A stretch of 64,000 nt of DNA from Lama guanicoe (lineage: Eukaryota), in contig MU054391.1 of the NCBI GenBank assembly GCA_013239625.1, forward strand, positions 5,725,824 through 5,789,823, written 5' to 3'. Shown here in pieces: positions 1 to 10,543 of this stretch. The stretch's first letter is position 1, and the number at the start of each line of letters is the position of its first letter. The translations under genes were made by a program, and so were the position numbers. Below the pieces are notes generated by a model. The model worked only from the letters and a program-made list of their open reading frames with translations, did no database searches and was not told where the DNA came from.

Positions 1-24
1 GGGGTGGCTGCTGGGAACGTGGAA

Positions 25-838
25 TCATCCCTGCAGGTGACCTGGGTCCCTTAGCCCTCACGGCCTAGCTGGCCTCCTCCGCTGGGGACCTGCGGACTTG
101 CGGGCCCTGGGCCCCGGCCTCTGCCCGGGGCTGCGTGTGGGGAGCAGGGCGAGGGGGGCTCTATGACTTGTGTCTGGGTCAACCCACTTCTCACTTGTAG
201 GAAAACCTGGCGACTGCCTTTCTTGAGCTTTCTTCTCAGAGGAGATGAGACAACTTTTGTTCTTTTTTTTTTAATTGAAGCATAGTTGATTTATAATGTG
301 TTAGTTTCTGGCGTACAGCACAGTGAGTCAGTTACACATATGTATACGTTCTTTCTCATAGTCTTTGTTACTCTAGGTCACTACAAGCTATTGAATACGG
401 CCCCCTGTGCTCTACGGTGGGACCTGGTTGTGCATCTATTCTGCACGTAGCAGTTTTGATGGAGGGAAGCAGGTGGTTCTTTCCAGCCCGCTCTCCGGGT
501 CTCCGCCGCCTCCTGCAGGATTTGTGCTCATGATTGCGAGGCTGATGCTTCCATGCACGTTGGGGAGTTTCTTCTCTATTTCCTCCGCCGTGACCTTCCT
601 GCGAAGTTCCATCACGTGCCCCTGGTGGAGCCCGGGCAGGACATGAGGTCTCAGCTGCAGCTCCTGCATCTCACCTTCCAGCTGTGGGATTTCAGACGGC
701 AGGCGTGCTCCCTCACCTTGGCGGCTTCTCCTCTGAACTGTCAGAGCTTTGTTCGTCTGCTTTTCTTCATGGAACATCTCCTATTTTCCTTGTTTTCTTC
801 CTTCAAGGCTTTGGAAGGAGGGCAGCGAGGTGGGCATG
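25..838 (-). pseudogene. Degraded, 5'-truncated cTAGE5/MIA2-like processed pseudogene (coiled-coil and C-terminal part), interrupted by an L1 fragment at ~260-452
   Basis: Minus ORF 436..777 (ARLPSE..EMQELQ..HVLPGLHQGHVMELRRKVTAEE..IEKKLPNVHGSISLA..DPESGLERT) is collinear with recalled cTAGE5 (ASLQSE..ENQKLQ..KVMTELYQENEMKLHRKLTVEE..EEKLSKVDEKISHA..DLEEELERT). Homology resumes left of the L1 (ISSEKKAQ vs IISHEKKAH; GRG..GPG..QVPSGGGQ vs GRGSRGPG..QITNERGE). No introns; frameshifts and stops present. Confidence 0.75.
260..452 (-). mobile_element. L1 3'-end fragment inserted in the cTAGE5-like retrocopy
   Basis: Poly-T then ttaattgaagcatagttgatttataatgtgttagtttctgg..tacagcacagtga..ccctgtgct, a typical laurasiatherian L1 3' UTR. 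Short ttttg repeat on both sides. Confidence 0.85.
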
Positions 839-1624
839 CTACGTAGAGGACAAATGGACCACATCCCTACCTGAGACCTGCCTCCTGACAAAGATTCCTT
901 CTGTAGCTGGAAGCCCCTTGCCTGCCAAGGTCACAGGGCCTCCCTCCCTCCTTGAAAGGCCCTCCGCATCCACGCTGCTCCTCCACCAGCAGGGCAGGGC
1001 CAGAGGACCAAAGGGCCTCACCCAAACGATTCACTTATGACCTGCTTTCACTCAGAAGAAGTCCGTCCAAATGGGCACCAGCTCCATGTCTTACAGATGT
1101 TCAGAGGAGCCCACCTGTCCTGTTCAGTCCGAGCATATCTAGACAGGGCTCCTCGAGGGTGACCTGTGGCCAGGCTCCGTCCCCCACAGTTGTCCAGTTG
1201 TCTGAGACTTGTGTCTCTGTGGGCGGCTCTGCCAGACGATGGGTCCATCCTGACATGGACAGGCCACCCTTGGTGCTTCTGACGGCGTCTCCTGCTCCAG
1301 GTTCCTACCTGGCAGGCTCGGGTCCAGCACTGCCTTGTCCACCACCTGACTCTGTCCTGCTCCGCTGCCCACAGTGCCTCTGCCTCTGGCGGGAGGTCCC
1401 GGTGGGCACTGGGGAGCAGGCCACAGGCCAGACCAGGCCTGGCGGCGGCAGGGAGGAGAACCCGGGCCACCTCTGCCCGCCGTTCCTGGCACTTCTCTCT
1501 CTCCCTGCCCCTGGAGGGGCTCCGGTTGCCCAGCCCTTCGTGGGCCGCAGTGCACTGATGGTTTCATATTGGACTCCTGCTTAAAATTTCACTTGAATGA
1601 ATATTTCCTCAGCTATAAAATTGA

Positions 1625-1700
1625 ATCACCGCTGAATGGTACACTCAAATATGGTGAAAATGGCAAATCCTGTTTATATTTTACTACAATAGAAATAATT
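1625..1700 (+). mobile_element. Old L1M 3'-terminal fragment
   Basis: ctgaatggtacactcaaatatggtgaaaatggcaaat..tatattttactacaata resembles the L1MB/MC 3' end. Confidence 0.6.
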
Positions 1701-3444
1701 TTCTGAACAATTGCTGGATCAGGTCATCTCTAAGGCCCTATTTGGCTCCAGATTCTGCACCCTGTCATCTGAGAGGTGACCCCTGCACTGTGGGCTCTGT
1801 TCCGTCTCCTCCTAGCACTTTAGAGCAATGAGGGGTCTTCTGTGGGAAGACAGGGACCCTCCCTCCCTTGCCTTGAGGAAGGAGGACCCTGCCACAGTCG
1901 CGGGCACCTGGTAAGGACATCCAAGCCACAGTGTAGAAAGTAGCGGGAAGTGGGGAGAAAGGGGGTGTTCTGGCATCAGCTGCTAAAAACTGGAGAACAG
2001 CCCTTATCCTATTTTCCATTGTCTCCAAACCCAGTTTCCTAAACAGGATGAGAAGTCGAAGGAGTAAATAGGTACAAAGGTTAAATTCAGATACTTATAG
2101 AATGATGTGAAAAGGATTTTTTAAAAATCATTTTAACAACTGGTATCAGAATGCCTCTCGGTGGTGGGGAAGACTGTCTTTGTTAGAGAAAATACCTCAA
2201 GTGGTCCCTAGTGTGGGTGACAGTCTAGGCCCCAAGGGTTCCGGGAGGTGGCAGCTGTTCTGCGTAAGGCAAAGGGGGCCACCTGCAATTTTAATTCTGA
2301 AAAAGAGAACAGAGGAGCCCACTGAGATGGGGGAGGGGGAGAGGAGCCCACTGAGGTGGGGAGGTGGGCAGTGAGGAGAAAGGAAGGGACCCAGAAACCA
2401 CACAGGTGGAGGGAGCTGTGTGGTGAGAGGAAGGACCTCACCCAGAAGCTGTGCTGCTCAGGGAAGCCTTCTCACTAGAGAGAAGACAGAAGGTCTGAGA
2501 TTTATGTATGAGGAACAGGAGCCTCGAGGCTCTTGGGAACTGGGCACACTTGGGCAGGACAATGAACCTTGGAGCTGGGACAGCCCAAAGGATGTGACTC
2601 GTGTATCCAGGGACCAGCAGGTCCACCTGCCATCTGGCTCACACCTAGAAAAGGGTAGGGTCACGTGCCCTTGGCTTCACAAGGAGAGCAGAACTTACAC
2701 TGCCACACCAGGTCCTGCCGGACACTTTCACCTGGTCTCTGACACACAAACCCAGGAAGTGAAGATCTGCCCCAAAAGGGGCCCTACCCTGACACCCCCT
2801 GGATGGCTCTGTTGTTTCCAGAGGGGAGGAGAGGAGACCAGTGGGAAATACGGGATTTTCCCTGGCTCGTCTGTCCTGAGTCCTGCTTCCTCCTCAAAAA
2901 CAAGCCACCAAACCAGCACAGCTGTGGCCAGGCCCCAAGGAACCCCGCAGCAAGGGTTGCCAGGGCCTCCTGGTTAAAAATAACCTGCAGCCGCTGCACC
3001 AGGATGGTGTGCTCTAAGCTCAACCCTGCAACAGGCCTGAGCTGCAATCATTTTATCCTCGTTTTAAGAAAGAGGTGGCATATGCACAGAGAGAGTGATC
3101 TATCAGCCCAAGATTGCACAGCTGGGGAGTGGCAGAGATAGGACTCAAACTCCAAAAGTCTGGCCAAGTCTGATGCCTCAGATGTTGGCTTTTGCTCCTT
3201 CCAAGCCAGGAAAGCAGTGAGGGCTTGAACCCCTTATACTTGGGCAAACTCACTCTCAGCCTCATTCTTCTCACCTGTAAAGTCAGGTAAGAGGATCAGG
3301 AGATGGAGGTGGAAGCTGCCAATCCCTGTGAAGTCCAGACCCTGAGCTGGCCCTATGTCCCTTCTGCTGCACCCTACTAATCAGAGCAGTTATCGGCCAG
3401 TCCAGGCTCAAAGTGAGGGGAAATAGTCCCCATCTCTCAAGGTA

Positions 3445-3590
3445 GGTGTAATTGTCTCCATTTTACAGATTAATCGATTGAGGCTCAGAGAGGTCAAGCA
3501 TCTAGGGTCACAGAACTTGTGACACGGAACCAAGATTCGCACCTGGACTATGGCCTGGGCTGTCTGGTCTAAAGTCTGGATCTTCTGCTG
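3445..3590 (-). mobile_element. MIR SINE
   Basis: ccattttacagat..gaggctcagagaggtcaag..ggtcacagaact MIR core, reverse orientation. Confidence 0.7.
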
Positions 3591-3679
3591 GCCTCACTGT
3601 GCACTGGGGCAGGGCCATTGGGTCAGGACTGATGGCCAACTTCACCATCTGACCCTGCAGTTCCCAGCTCAGGCTGCAG

Positions 3680-3820
3680 CCTTATCTGGGCAACTTTGAA
3701 ATCACAGTCCCCTGGCCCTGCTCCTAGGGTTTGACTGTAATTGGTCTGAGGTACAGTCTGGGCCCTGGGAATTTTTAAAGCGCCCAGATGGTTTTCATAG
3801 CAGCCAAGGGCTGGGGACAC
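3680..3820. mobile_element. MER5-type hAT-Charlie MITE
   Basis: gactgtaattggtctgagg..ctgggaatttttaaagcgcccagatggttt..cagccaagggctg. Confidence 0.65.
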
Positions 3821-4112
3821 TTTCAATGAAATGTCTGCAGTCTGTGTGTGGGACCTTCTGGTTGACCTTCTTTCCCTGACCCTGAGCGCCCCGCTCCAGC
3901 CCCGTTCCCATCCCTCCCTCCAAGTCGGAGGGACTGTCACTCGGTTAGACAGAGAAAAGACATTTGGTCCCTGCGCAGGAAGGGGAGAGAACAAGGGGCC
4001 CCACCTGAGCAAGTCCAGGCTCAGCTCTGCTGGGGGACTGGGGTAAGGGTTCAAATCCCATCTCTGCCACTTACTAGTTGAGGCATCTTTCATTTACAAG
4101 ATGTGTTAATAG

Positions 4113-4166
4113 TGACTGTCATGCCTACTTCACCAAGAATTTTGACTGTCATGCCTACTTCACCAA
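4113..4166 (+). repeat. Exact 24-bp direct repeat, period 30
   Basis: tgactgtcatgcctacttcaccaa at 4113-4136 and 4143-4166. Confidence 0.95.
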
Positions 4167-4214
4167 AGACAGAATGAATACAAAAAGGCTTTGTAAAGAA
4201 ATGCAAGGTTTTTA

Positions 4215-4370
4215 AACGGAAATCTACAAAACACCATTTGAAGAAATTAAAGGCCTAAATAGATAAAAGGTATCCCTTGTTTGTGGATTAGAAGATTTAA
4301 CATCATTGAGATTTAAAATTGCCAATATTGTTAATACTATGCAAATTGACCAACAGATTCAGTGCACTAT
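4215..4370 (+). mobile_element. Old L1 ORF2 fragment
   Basis: aaatctacaaaacacc..gaagaaattaaag..cctaaatagataaaag..tggattagaagatttaacat, typical late-ORF2 L1 sequence. Confidence 0.7.
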
Positions 4371-4414
4371 CAGGTTTAAACATTCTCCTGGCCAGGGAAT
4401 CAGAAGGCTGCTGG

Positions 4415-4505
4415 AATTCCAACATAAGATGCACATTTTTTTCACAGTTTAACAACCCTGAAATTAGAGTGTATCTTAGAGAGTGTGTCGTGGTTTAATG
4501 GTCAT
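4415..4505 (+). mobile_element. MER104-like Tc/mariner remnant
   Basis: taagatgcacattttttt..aacaaccctgaaattagagtgtatctta matches the recalled MER104 consensus. Confidence 0.6.
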
Positions 4506-4769
4506 AGGGCCTCTCCAGCTGGGGTCCTCCCAATGGGGTCAGGGAGATGCCCTCCCAGAGCCACCCCGGCCTCCAATTCCAGGAACCCCATGGACTTCAT
4601 CCCAGGGTCTGTCTTCCTGAGACTCAGCCAGTTTGCATCCCACAAGGGGCAGCCGTTTGCAGGGGAGGGGTGCGGGTACCAGCAGGCTGGGCTGACCACG
4701 TGTGTGCCTGCATACGTGTGTGGTCCTGGTGCGGTGCAGTGTGGGTGGGAGCAAAGGGGGTGGGCAGAG

Positions 4770-4995
4770 CTGGCTCCCCTACACCATCGTGTTTTGGTGC
4801 ATAACTCCAAGGAGGCCAAAAATTCTAAATTTGAACCTGGACTTGAGGCCCTTGTGAAGGCCTATTTGTCAAGGTAAGAGGTTGGAACGTATTTTATTTA
4901 ATAGTTTATGAGCTTAATTTATAATTTTAAAATATTTAGACATATATGGGGGCCTCTGATTGCCCCGGAGCCTGACAGTGTTAGGGTGAGGTCTG
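4770..4995. mobile_element. Ancient hAT (Tip100-type) DNA transposon remnant
   Basis: gtgcataactccaagg..tttgtcaaggtaagagg..tttataattttaaaatatttagacatat..gggcctc pattern; family not firmly identified. Confidence 0.45.
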
Positions 4996-5354
4996 CCAAG
5001 TCCTTTCCTCTGAAAATGCCAGCCCAGAGATTGGTAGGGGCTGTCCCTGTCACTGGAACACCCTCCCCCATTTGACTTCACGGCCAACACCAATCTTCCC
5101 CTCCAGTCTTAGCTGAGATTCCTGACTGCTTTGGGGCAGACTTGGCCTCACGGGGGCCTTGGCACCTTTGTCCCTTTCTCTCAGCACTGGCTGGTCAGCG
5201 CTACCCAGGCTGTGTGGAGGCCTGGCTGACAGCGGGAGCCAGGAGGCTCTGACCTTGGCCAGCACCCCCAGAACTCCTAGACCCACTGTGGGTGCTGCGG
5301 GTAGCACGTGCATCACCCTGCAATCCATCTGCCCCCTTAGTCCAGTTGCTTAAT

Positions 5355-5520
5355 ACACCTTCGATCCTCAAACTAATGTGCACTTGACTCACCTGGCCGT
5401 TTTTTAAAGTGCAGGTTCTGATTCTGTAGGTCTGGGGAGGGGCCTGAGAGTCTGCACTTCCAACCAGCTCCAAGGGGGTGCCAATGCTGCTGGTTCAAGA
5501 ACCACACTTTAAGCAGTGAG
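5355..5520. mobile_element. MER5A/B MITE
   Basis: gcaggttctgattctgtaggtctggggaggggcctgagagtctgcacttc..tgctgctggttcaagaaccacacttt. Confidence 0.85.
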
Positions 5521-5919
5521 GCTGGAGTGCTCATCATTTCTAGAAAGACAAGTTTAATAGATGTGTTGCCTGCAGCCAACGCTTTCATGTAAACTGTGGA
5601 TGATGCAACCCTGAAGCCAGACTGCAGCTGCCCGCGGGTCCCATGGGAGAATCTGGAACAGTCCTCACGAAGGAGAGCAGTTCCGGGCCTCAGGAAACCA
5701 CAAAACAAAAAAAAAAACACAAAAGGGGGCTTGGAATCCAGGCAGCAGCGGTGTCTCTGCAGCACCCAGGCCTGTACCTGGCTCTTGGGCTCCAGGCTCA
5801 GTGGAGCCAGGGCTCGCCCAGTGTCCTCCGGCGGGACATCTCTCTCTGGGCCTCTGTCGTCACTGTCTTCCACGAAAGTGGGAGAGGGAACACTTTTAAA
5901 AGAAAGAAGGACCTGTGTA

Positions 5920-6130
5920 AACAGCACTTAGCACCGCATGCCAGACACCATCCCATGTGCTTCTCCTGTGCCAATGTCTTTAACTCTCATGGCAATCCTT
6001 GAAGGTTTGTCTTCTTATGACCATCTTGCCGATGGTGAAACTGAAGTCTTGAGAGAGGAATTGCCCAAGGTCACATGGTGCCATAAGGCCCCAGACAGTC
6101 TGGCCCCCAAACCCAAGTACGTAACCAACT
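5920..6130 (-). mobile_element. MIR SINE
   Basis: tgccagacacc..tttaactctcat..gatggtgaaactgaag..ttgcccaaggtcaca. Confidence 0.75.
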
Positions 6131-6482
6131 GGCTCTGCAGTCTCTCTAGTGTGAGGCTGGGTTCAGACAGTTAGAAGGACTGGCATCCTCTCCATCCCCC
6201 ACCCCACAGCCCCGAGGCCCCTGTGTAGACACAGCCATGAACCTCTTCCAGGTGTCCCCTCTGGCTCTGGGGCTCTGACCACAGACAGGCTGGTACTGAA
6301 GAGCACACCTGGGCATCCTCCCCTTCCCTGAGCAGCCTAGGGCCTCCAGAGGGGGGACTGGCCACATCTTCCTGGACCTGGTGGTGCCTTCTGCTGGGAA
6401 AGGCTCCTACTCCCAGATTTGGTGCTGTCCTGTTTTGTGACACCCCAAGCTCCCCCAACCTAAGTCCCTTCCTCATGATTTT

Positions 6483-7273
6483 TTTAAACATTTTTATTGA
6501 TTTATAATCATTTTACAATGTTGTGTCAAATTCCAGTGTAGAGCACAATTTTTCAATTATACATGAACATATATATATTCATTGTCACATTCCTTTCTCT
6601 ATGAGCTACCATAAGATCTTGTATATATTTCCCTGTGCTATACAGTATAATCTTGTTTATCTGTTCTACAATTTTGAAATCCCAGTCTATCTCTTCCCAC
6701 CCCCAACCCCCTTGGCAACCACAAGTCCGTATTCTATGTCTATGAGTCTATTTCTGTTCTATATTTATGTTTGTTTTGTTTTGTTTTGTTTTTAGATTCC
6801 ACATATGAGTGATCTCGTATGGTATTTTTCTTTCTCTTTCTGGCTTACTTCACTTAGAATGACATTCTCCAGGAGCATCCATGTTGCTGCAAATGGTGTT
6901 ATGTTGTTGGTTTTTATGGCTGAGTAGTATTCCATTGTATAAATATACCATATCTTCTTTATCCAGTCACCTGTTGCTGGACACTTATGCTGTTTCCATG
7001 TCTTGGCTATTGTAAATAGTGCTGCTATGAACATTGGGGTGCAGGTGTCATCCTGAAGTAGGGTTCCTTCTGGATATAAGCCCAGGAGTGGGATTCCGAG
7101 GTTATACGGTAAGTCTATTCCTAGTCTTTTGAGGAATCTCCATACTGTTTTCCACAGTGGCTGTACCAAACTGCATTCCCACCAGCAGTGTAGGAGGGTT
7201 CCCTTTTCTCCGCAGCCTCCCCAGCATTTGTCATTTGTGGACTTTTGAATGATGGCCATTCTGATTGGTGTGA
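6483..7273 (-). mobile_element. Young 5'-truncated L1 (ORF2 C-terminus plus 3' UTR) with perfect 17-bp TSD
   Basis: ORF 6792..7259 is an uninterrupted L1 ORF2 C-terminus with the zinc knuckle [18 protein letters not shown] and ..WYIYTMEYYSAIK... TSD cccttcctcatgatttt at 6466-6482 and 7274-7290. Confidence 0.97.
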
Positions 7274-7472
7274 CCCTTCCTCATGATTTTGTCATGGTCT
7301 GTTTTCACCTATCTTCCCCCCTAAACCATGCACCTTCTGAACCAGGGCCATTTTCCATTTCAATGATTTCCAGCTCAGCTTAGAGCCTGGTGCTCTGTAG
7401 GTGTGGAACTGACTTGCATGCAGTAGAAGGGATTGTTGGGGCGGGGTTTGGTGATGATGCGTTTCCACGTCT

Positions 7473-7488
7473 TGCCACCAGATGGCAG
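7473..7488 (+). promoter_or_regulatory. Candidate CTCF site
   Basis: TGCCACCAGATGGCAG matches the CTCF core CCASYAGRKGGCRS; motif evidence only. Confidence 0.55.
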
Positions 7489-7890
7489 GCGTGCACAGCA
7501 GCGGGAGCGCAGGCCCAGCCTCCAGGATAAGGTGGGGCTGGGCCCGAGTCCAGACCTCAGGACAGGAGGGACAGGAGGGACAGGAGAAGGCCAGGCAGCC
7601 AACTTGGGGCTTAGAGGCATCTCTGCACTTCCCCTGCTGATTGCAGCCTGAGCCCCAGAGCTCCCCTTCCCCCTCCCGTCCTCTCTCCCCGTCCAGGTTC
7701 CTGGGTCAATCTGGACTCCCTGCGACTTGGGGCCAGACACCCTTTCTTTCTAAGCCTTAGTTTCCTCATCTCATTTTATGTGCATTTCCCCACCTGGGGA
7801 CTGGGGACCGTTGGTGTAGGGCTACACTTCCCTTAGCGCCAGCCCTTCCCTGCTCTCAGGGAGGAGGCCTAGGCTGTGTTGAGGCCAAAT

Positions 7891-7909
7891 CATGGCCCCC
7901 TGGTGGTAA
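7891..7909 (-). promoter_or_regulatory. Candidate CTCF site
   Basis: Reverse strand TTACCACCAGGGGGCCATG contains CCACCAGGGGGC; motif evidence only. Confidence 0.45.
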
Positions 7910-9199
7910 GCGGCCTCCCCATCAGGCCTCCTGCTCCATCCCTGGGTGGGTGATAGCTCAGGGCCGGGGCTGCTGGGGCTCGCTGGAGTGGCTGGAGTGG
8001 GATGAGCACTCTGGCCTGGGGGCTGCTGCCGCCACCTGTGCTAAGATACTTGTGGGGCATCAGCTGCGTCTGCTCCCTTCACGAACAGAAGAGCAGTCAG
8101 GAATGGAAGGATGGATGAGAGAAATTCACGACTAGCTTCAGAGCATTTGAGGCCAAGGGGTTTCCATGCCCACCGCGAGCAGAGCCTAAAGCCTCCTTAA
8201 GCATCTTGGAGCCTAGCTTTGAATGGAGTCAGTTGAGGGCCTGTCCCCCTTTTGAATCTCCTTGTCCATTTGGGACTTCCCACTAGTAGTGGCCCTAGAG
8301 GACCCTTGGCTCTGGTCTAGGCTGCCCTGGGGACGGGGTGGGGCGTCAGGATTCCACTAACTGTGTGGGTTTGCTTTCTTCCCTGATTGGCTACAGGACC
8401 AGCCAGTCCACTTCAGAGGAAGTCACTGGAAGTCAGCCAGAGGGGACCCCGAGGTGCTCCAGTCCAAACCTCAGGGAACTGAGGGCTATGTCATAACCCA
8501 CAGTCAGACTCCCAAGCTGGGTCCAGAACCTGGGTGGCTCCTAAGCTCCCGCCCTCCGCTTATGCCATGCTGCCTCCAGAGAAAGGGTTTCTGGGTGGGC
8601 CCGGAAACGAGACGTGTCGTAACAGTGGGTTCTCAGTCCCCAGCTGAGCTCACGGCTTTCTTCCGTCTTGCCTGGCACTGGGGCCCACCTGTAGGGACTT
8701 GCCCATAGCTGACCCAGATTTCCAGGCCACTTTGTCAACACCTTCGGGGCAGGGCAAAGCGTGGCTTCTCAGAGGCCCAAACAGAATCCATGACCCACAT
8801 CAGAGACTCAGCCAGCCGAGGGAGGACACCCATCTGTGCACACGGGACTCAGAGGGCTGCCCGACTTGGGCCCTCCCCACAACGCTGTCCTCGGGGCAGT
8901 GAATGAAGAACCCCGGGCAGGTGCCTCTCAGTGGAGGGGGGTTGGGCTGCACACAACAGAGACATTTAGAGGCAGGAAATTTAAGTGCCTGGAAGGAGGG
9001 GGCTATGCGTGTGTCTGGGGCCAGTTTCTTCCTTGTGACTCGTCCACAGTCCCTGCTGCCCAGGGCGGACGCAGAGCCCCTGCCCCACTTCTGTTGCAAG
9101 CTCCACCCCCAACCCCAGCACACCCGGTTCTCAGGACGGCTCATCTTGTTGCCACACAACCTAGCAAATTCTGCCCCTGGCTTGGGGCTCCAGTTGCTG

Positions 9200-9360
9200 G
9201 GCCGAGATGCAGCATGAGTCACAGGGCTGTGTCGGAGGAGCTGCCAGAGGCCATCGGGAGCCCGCAGAGCCGCAGCCCTCGCCCCTCCGTCGGGGCTGCG
9301 CCCTCCTTTTCCCTTCCTGGCCTGGCCTCCCCCCGCCCCAGGGGGGCATGACGTCACCCG
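9200..9360. promoter_or_regulatory. Candidate enhancer (AP-1, GC-box, CRE) in a CpG-enriched non-repeat patch
   Basis: TGAGTCA 9215-9221, CCCCGCCCC 9331-9339, TGACGTCA 9349-9356, raised CpG density. Confidence 0.4.
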
Positions 9361-10002
9361 GCTTCTCCTGGTCCTCCTCTCATGAGCCTGCAGTCCTTCA
9401 AACAGCCCTACATGACGAGGGCCAGAAGGTGAGAGCTCACCTGGCCCCAGTGCTCCACATGAAAGAGGGCTGGCCAGGCTCAGGGCTGCTGGGCAGACAC
9501 CAGGGCATCTGGGCTTCCAGGCTCCTGGCCAGACCTCAGGACGATGGGAGGGAGGCAGAGAGCAGATCTGTTCAGTCCTGCCTCTTTCCAGTGGTTCTCA
9601 CCTCGGCTGTGATCTGTATGCATGGATCTCATGGCCTAATTCTTCCTGACAGCTCCCCACTGTGCACGCTGGAGTCACCTCTTCCTCACAGGACATGGTC
9701 TGGAGGGACTGTCGCTGAGGATCCCCCTCCTACCTCCCCACTGTCTTCTGTCGCCCTCCTGCAGGCTAAGGGACAGGCTCATGGTTCAACTGGACTAGCC
9801 AATTACTCCCTGCTGGGACTTGAATTCTGAAGAGAGAGGCAGAGCCACTGGGCATGGGGTGACAGTCCTCTCGAGAGGCTGAGGCAGCTGCTTGGCCCAG
9901 CTATGTGAGCTCCAAGGCAGAGCTCCTGCTCCAAAACCCCTAGAACTGCCTTGGCCGTTGGCTGTGCCCAGACCTGGTGTTCCACCCTCCTTTGAATTCA
10001 GT

Positions 10003-10340
10003 CTGTTTGAGTTGTGTGCCCTCAAAATTCATGTGTGGAAGTCCTCATCCTCAGTAACTCAGAATAGAACCTCATTTGGAAGTGGGGTCGTGGCAGGTGT
10101 AATTAGTTCAGATGAGGTCATACTGGAGTAGGGTGAGACCCTAGTCCTAACCCGTATGGCGGGCGTCCTTATGAAAAGGGGAAACTTGGAGACAGGTGTG
10201 TATACAGTGAGAACACCGTGTCAGCATGAAGATGGCAGCTCCAAGCCGAGGACAAAGGCCTGGAACAGATCTTTCCTCACAGCTCTGAGAAGGAACCAAC
10301 CTCGTAACACCTTGATCTCAGACTTCTGGCCTCCAGAACT
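10003..10340 (+). mobile_element. MaLR LTR (MLT1B-like), 3'-truncated
   Basis: caaaattcatgtgtggaagtcct..gatgaggtcatactggagtagggtg..ccttatgaaaagggg..aaggaaccaacc..accttgatctcagacttctggcctccagaact. Confidence 0.85.
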
Positions 10341-10369
10341 TAAAATGCAAGAAGAAAGAGATATATCAA

Positions 10370-10543
10370 AGAAGGAATTCTCCTCAAGACTTCAACATAG
10401 AGATTCTGCCCGAGTTTCCAGTCTTCCAGCCTGCCTGACAAACTTGGTCCTTGCCAACCCCCAATCATGTAAGATAATTGCTTGAAATAAGTCTTTCTCT
10501 CTCTGAGCCTCAGGGTCTCTGTTTCTCTGGAGAACCCTAACAC
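10370..10543 (+). mobile_element. ERVL LTR 3' part (MLT2-like)
   Basis: gagtttccagtcttccagcctgcc..caatcatgtaag..tctgtttctctggagaaccctaacaca. Confidence 0.75.

Noticed and set aside
900..1584. Plus-strand frames (PPSLLERP..GRARGP; CLTDVQRSP) faintly resembling the Pro-rich part of cTAGE5, which would suggest a twin-priming inversion
   Set aside because: Short Pro/Gly-rich matches in GC-rich DNA with inconsistent spacing and frames, and the minus-strand copy already contains the downstream region. Not supportable without an alignment.
6792..7259. 155-aa ORF as a host gene
   Set aside because: It is the C-terminus of L1 ORF2 in a truncated insertion.
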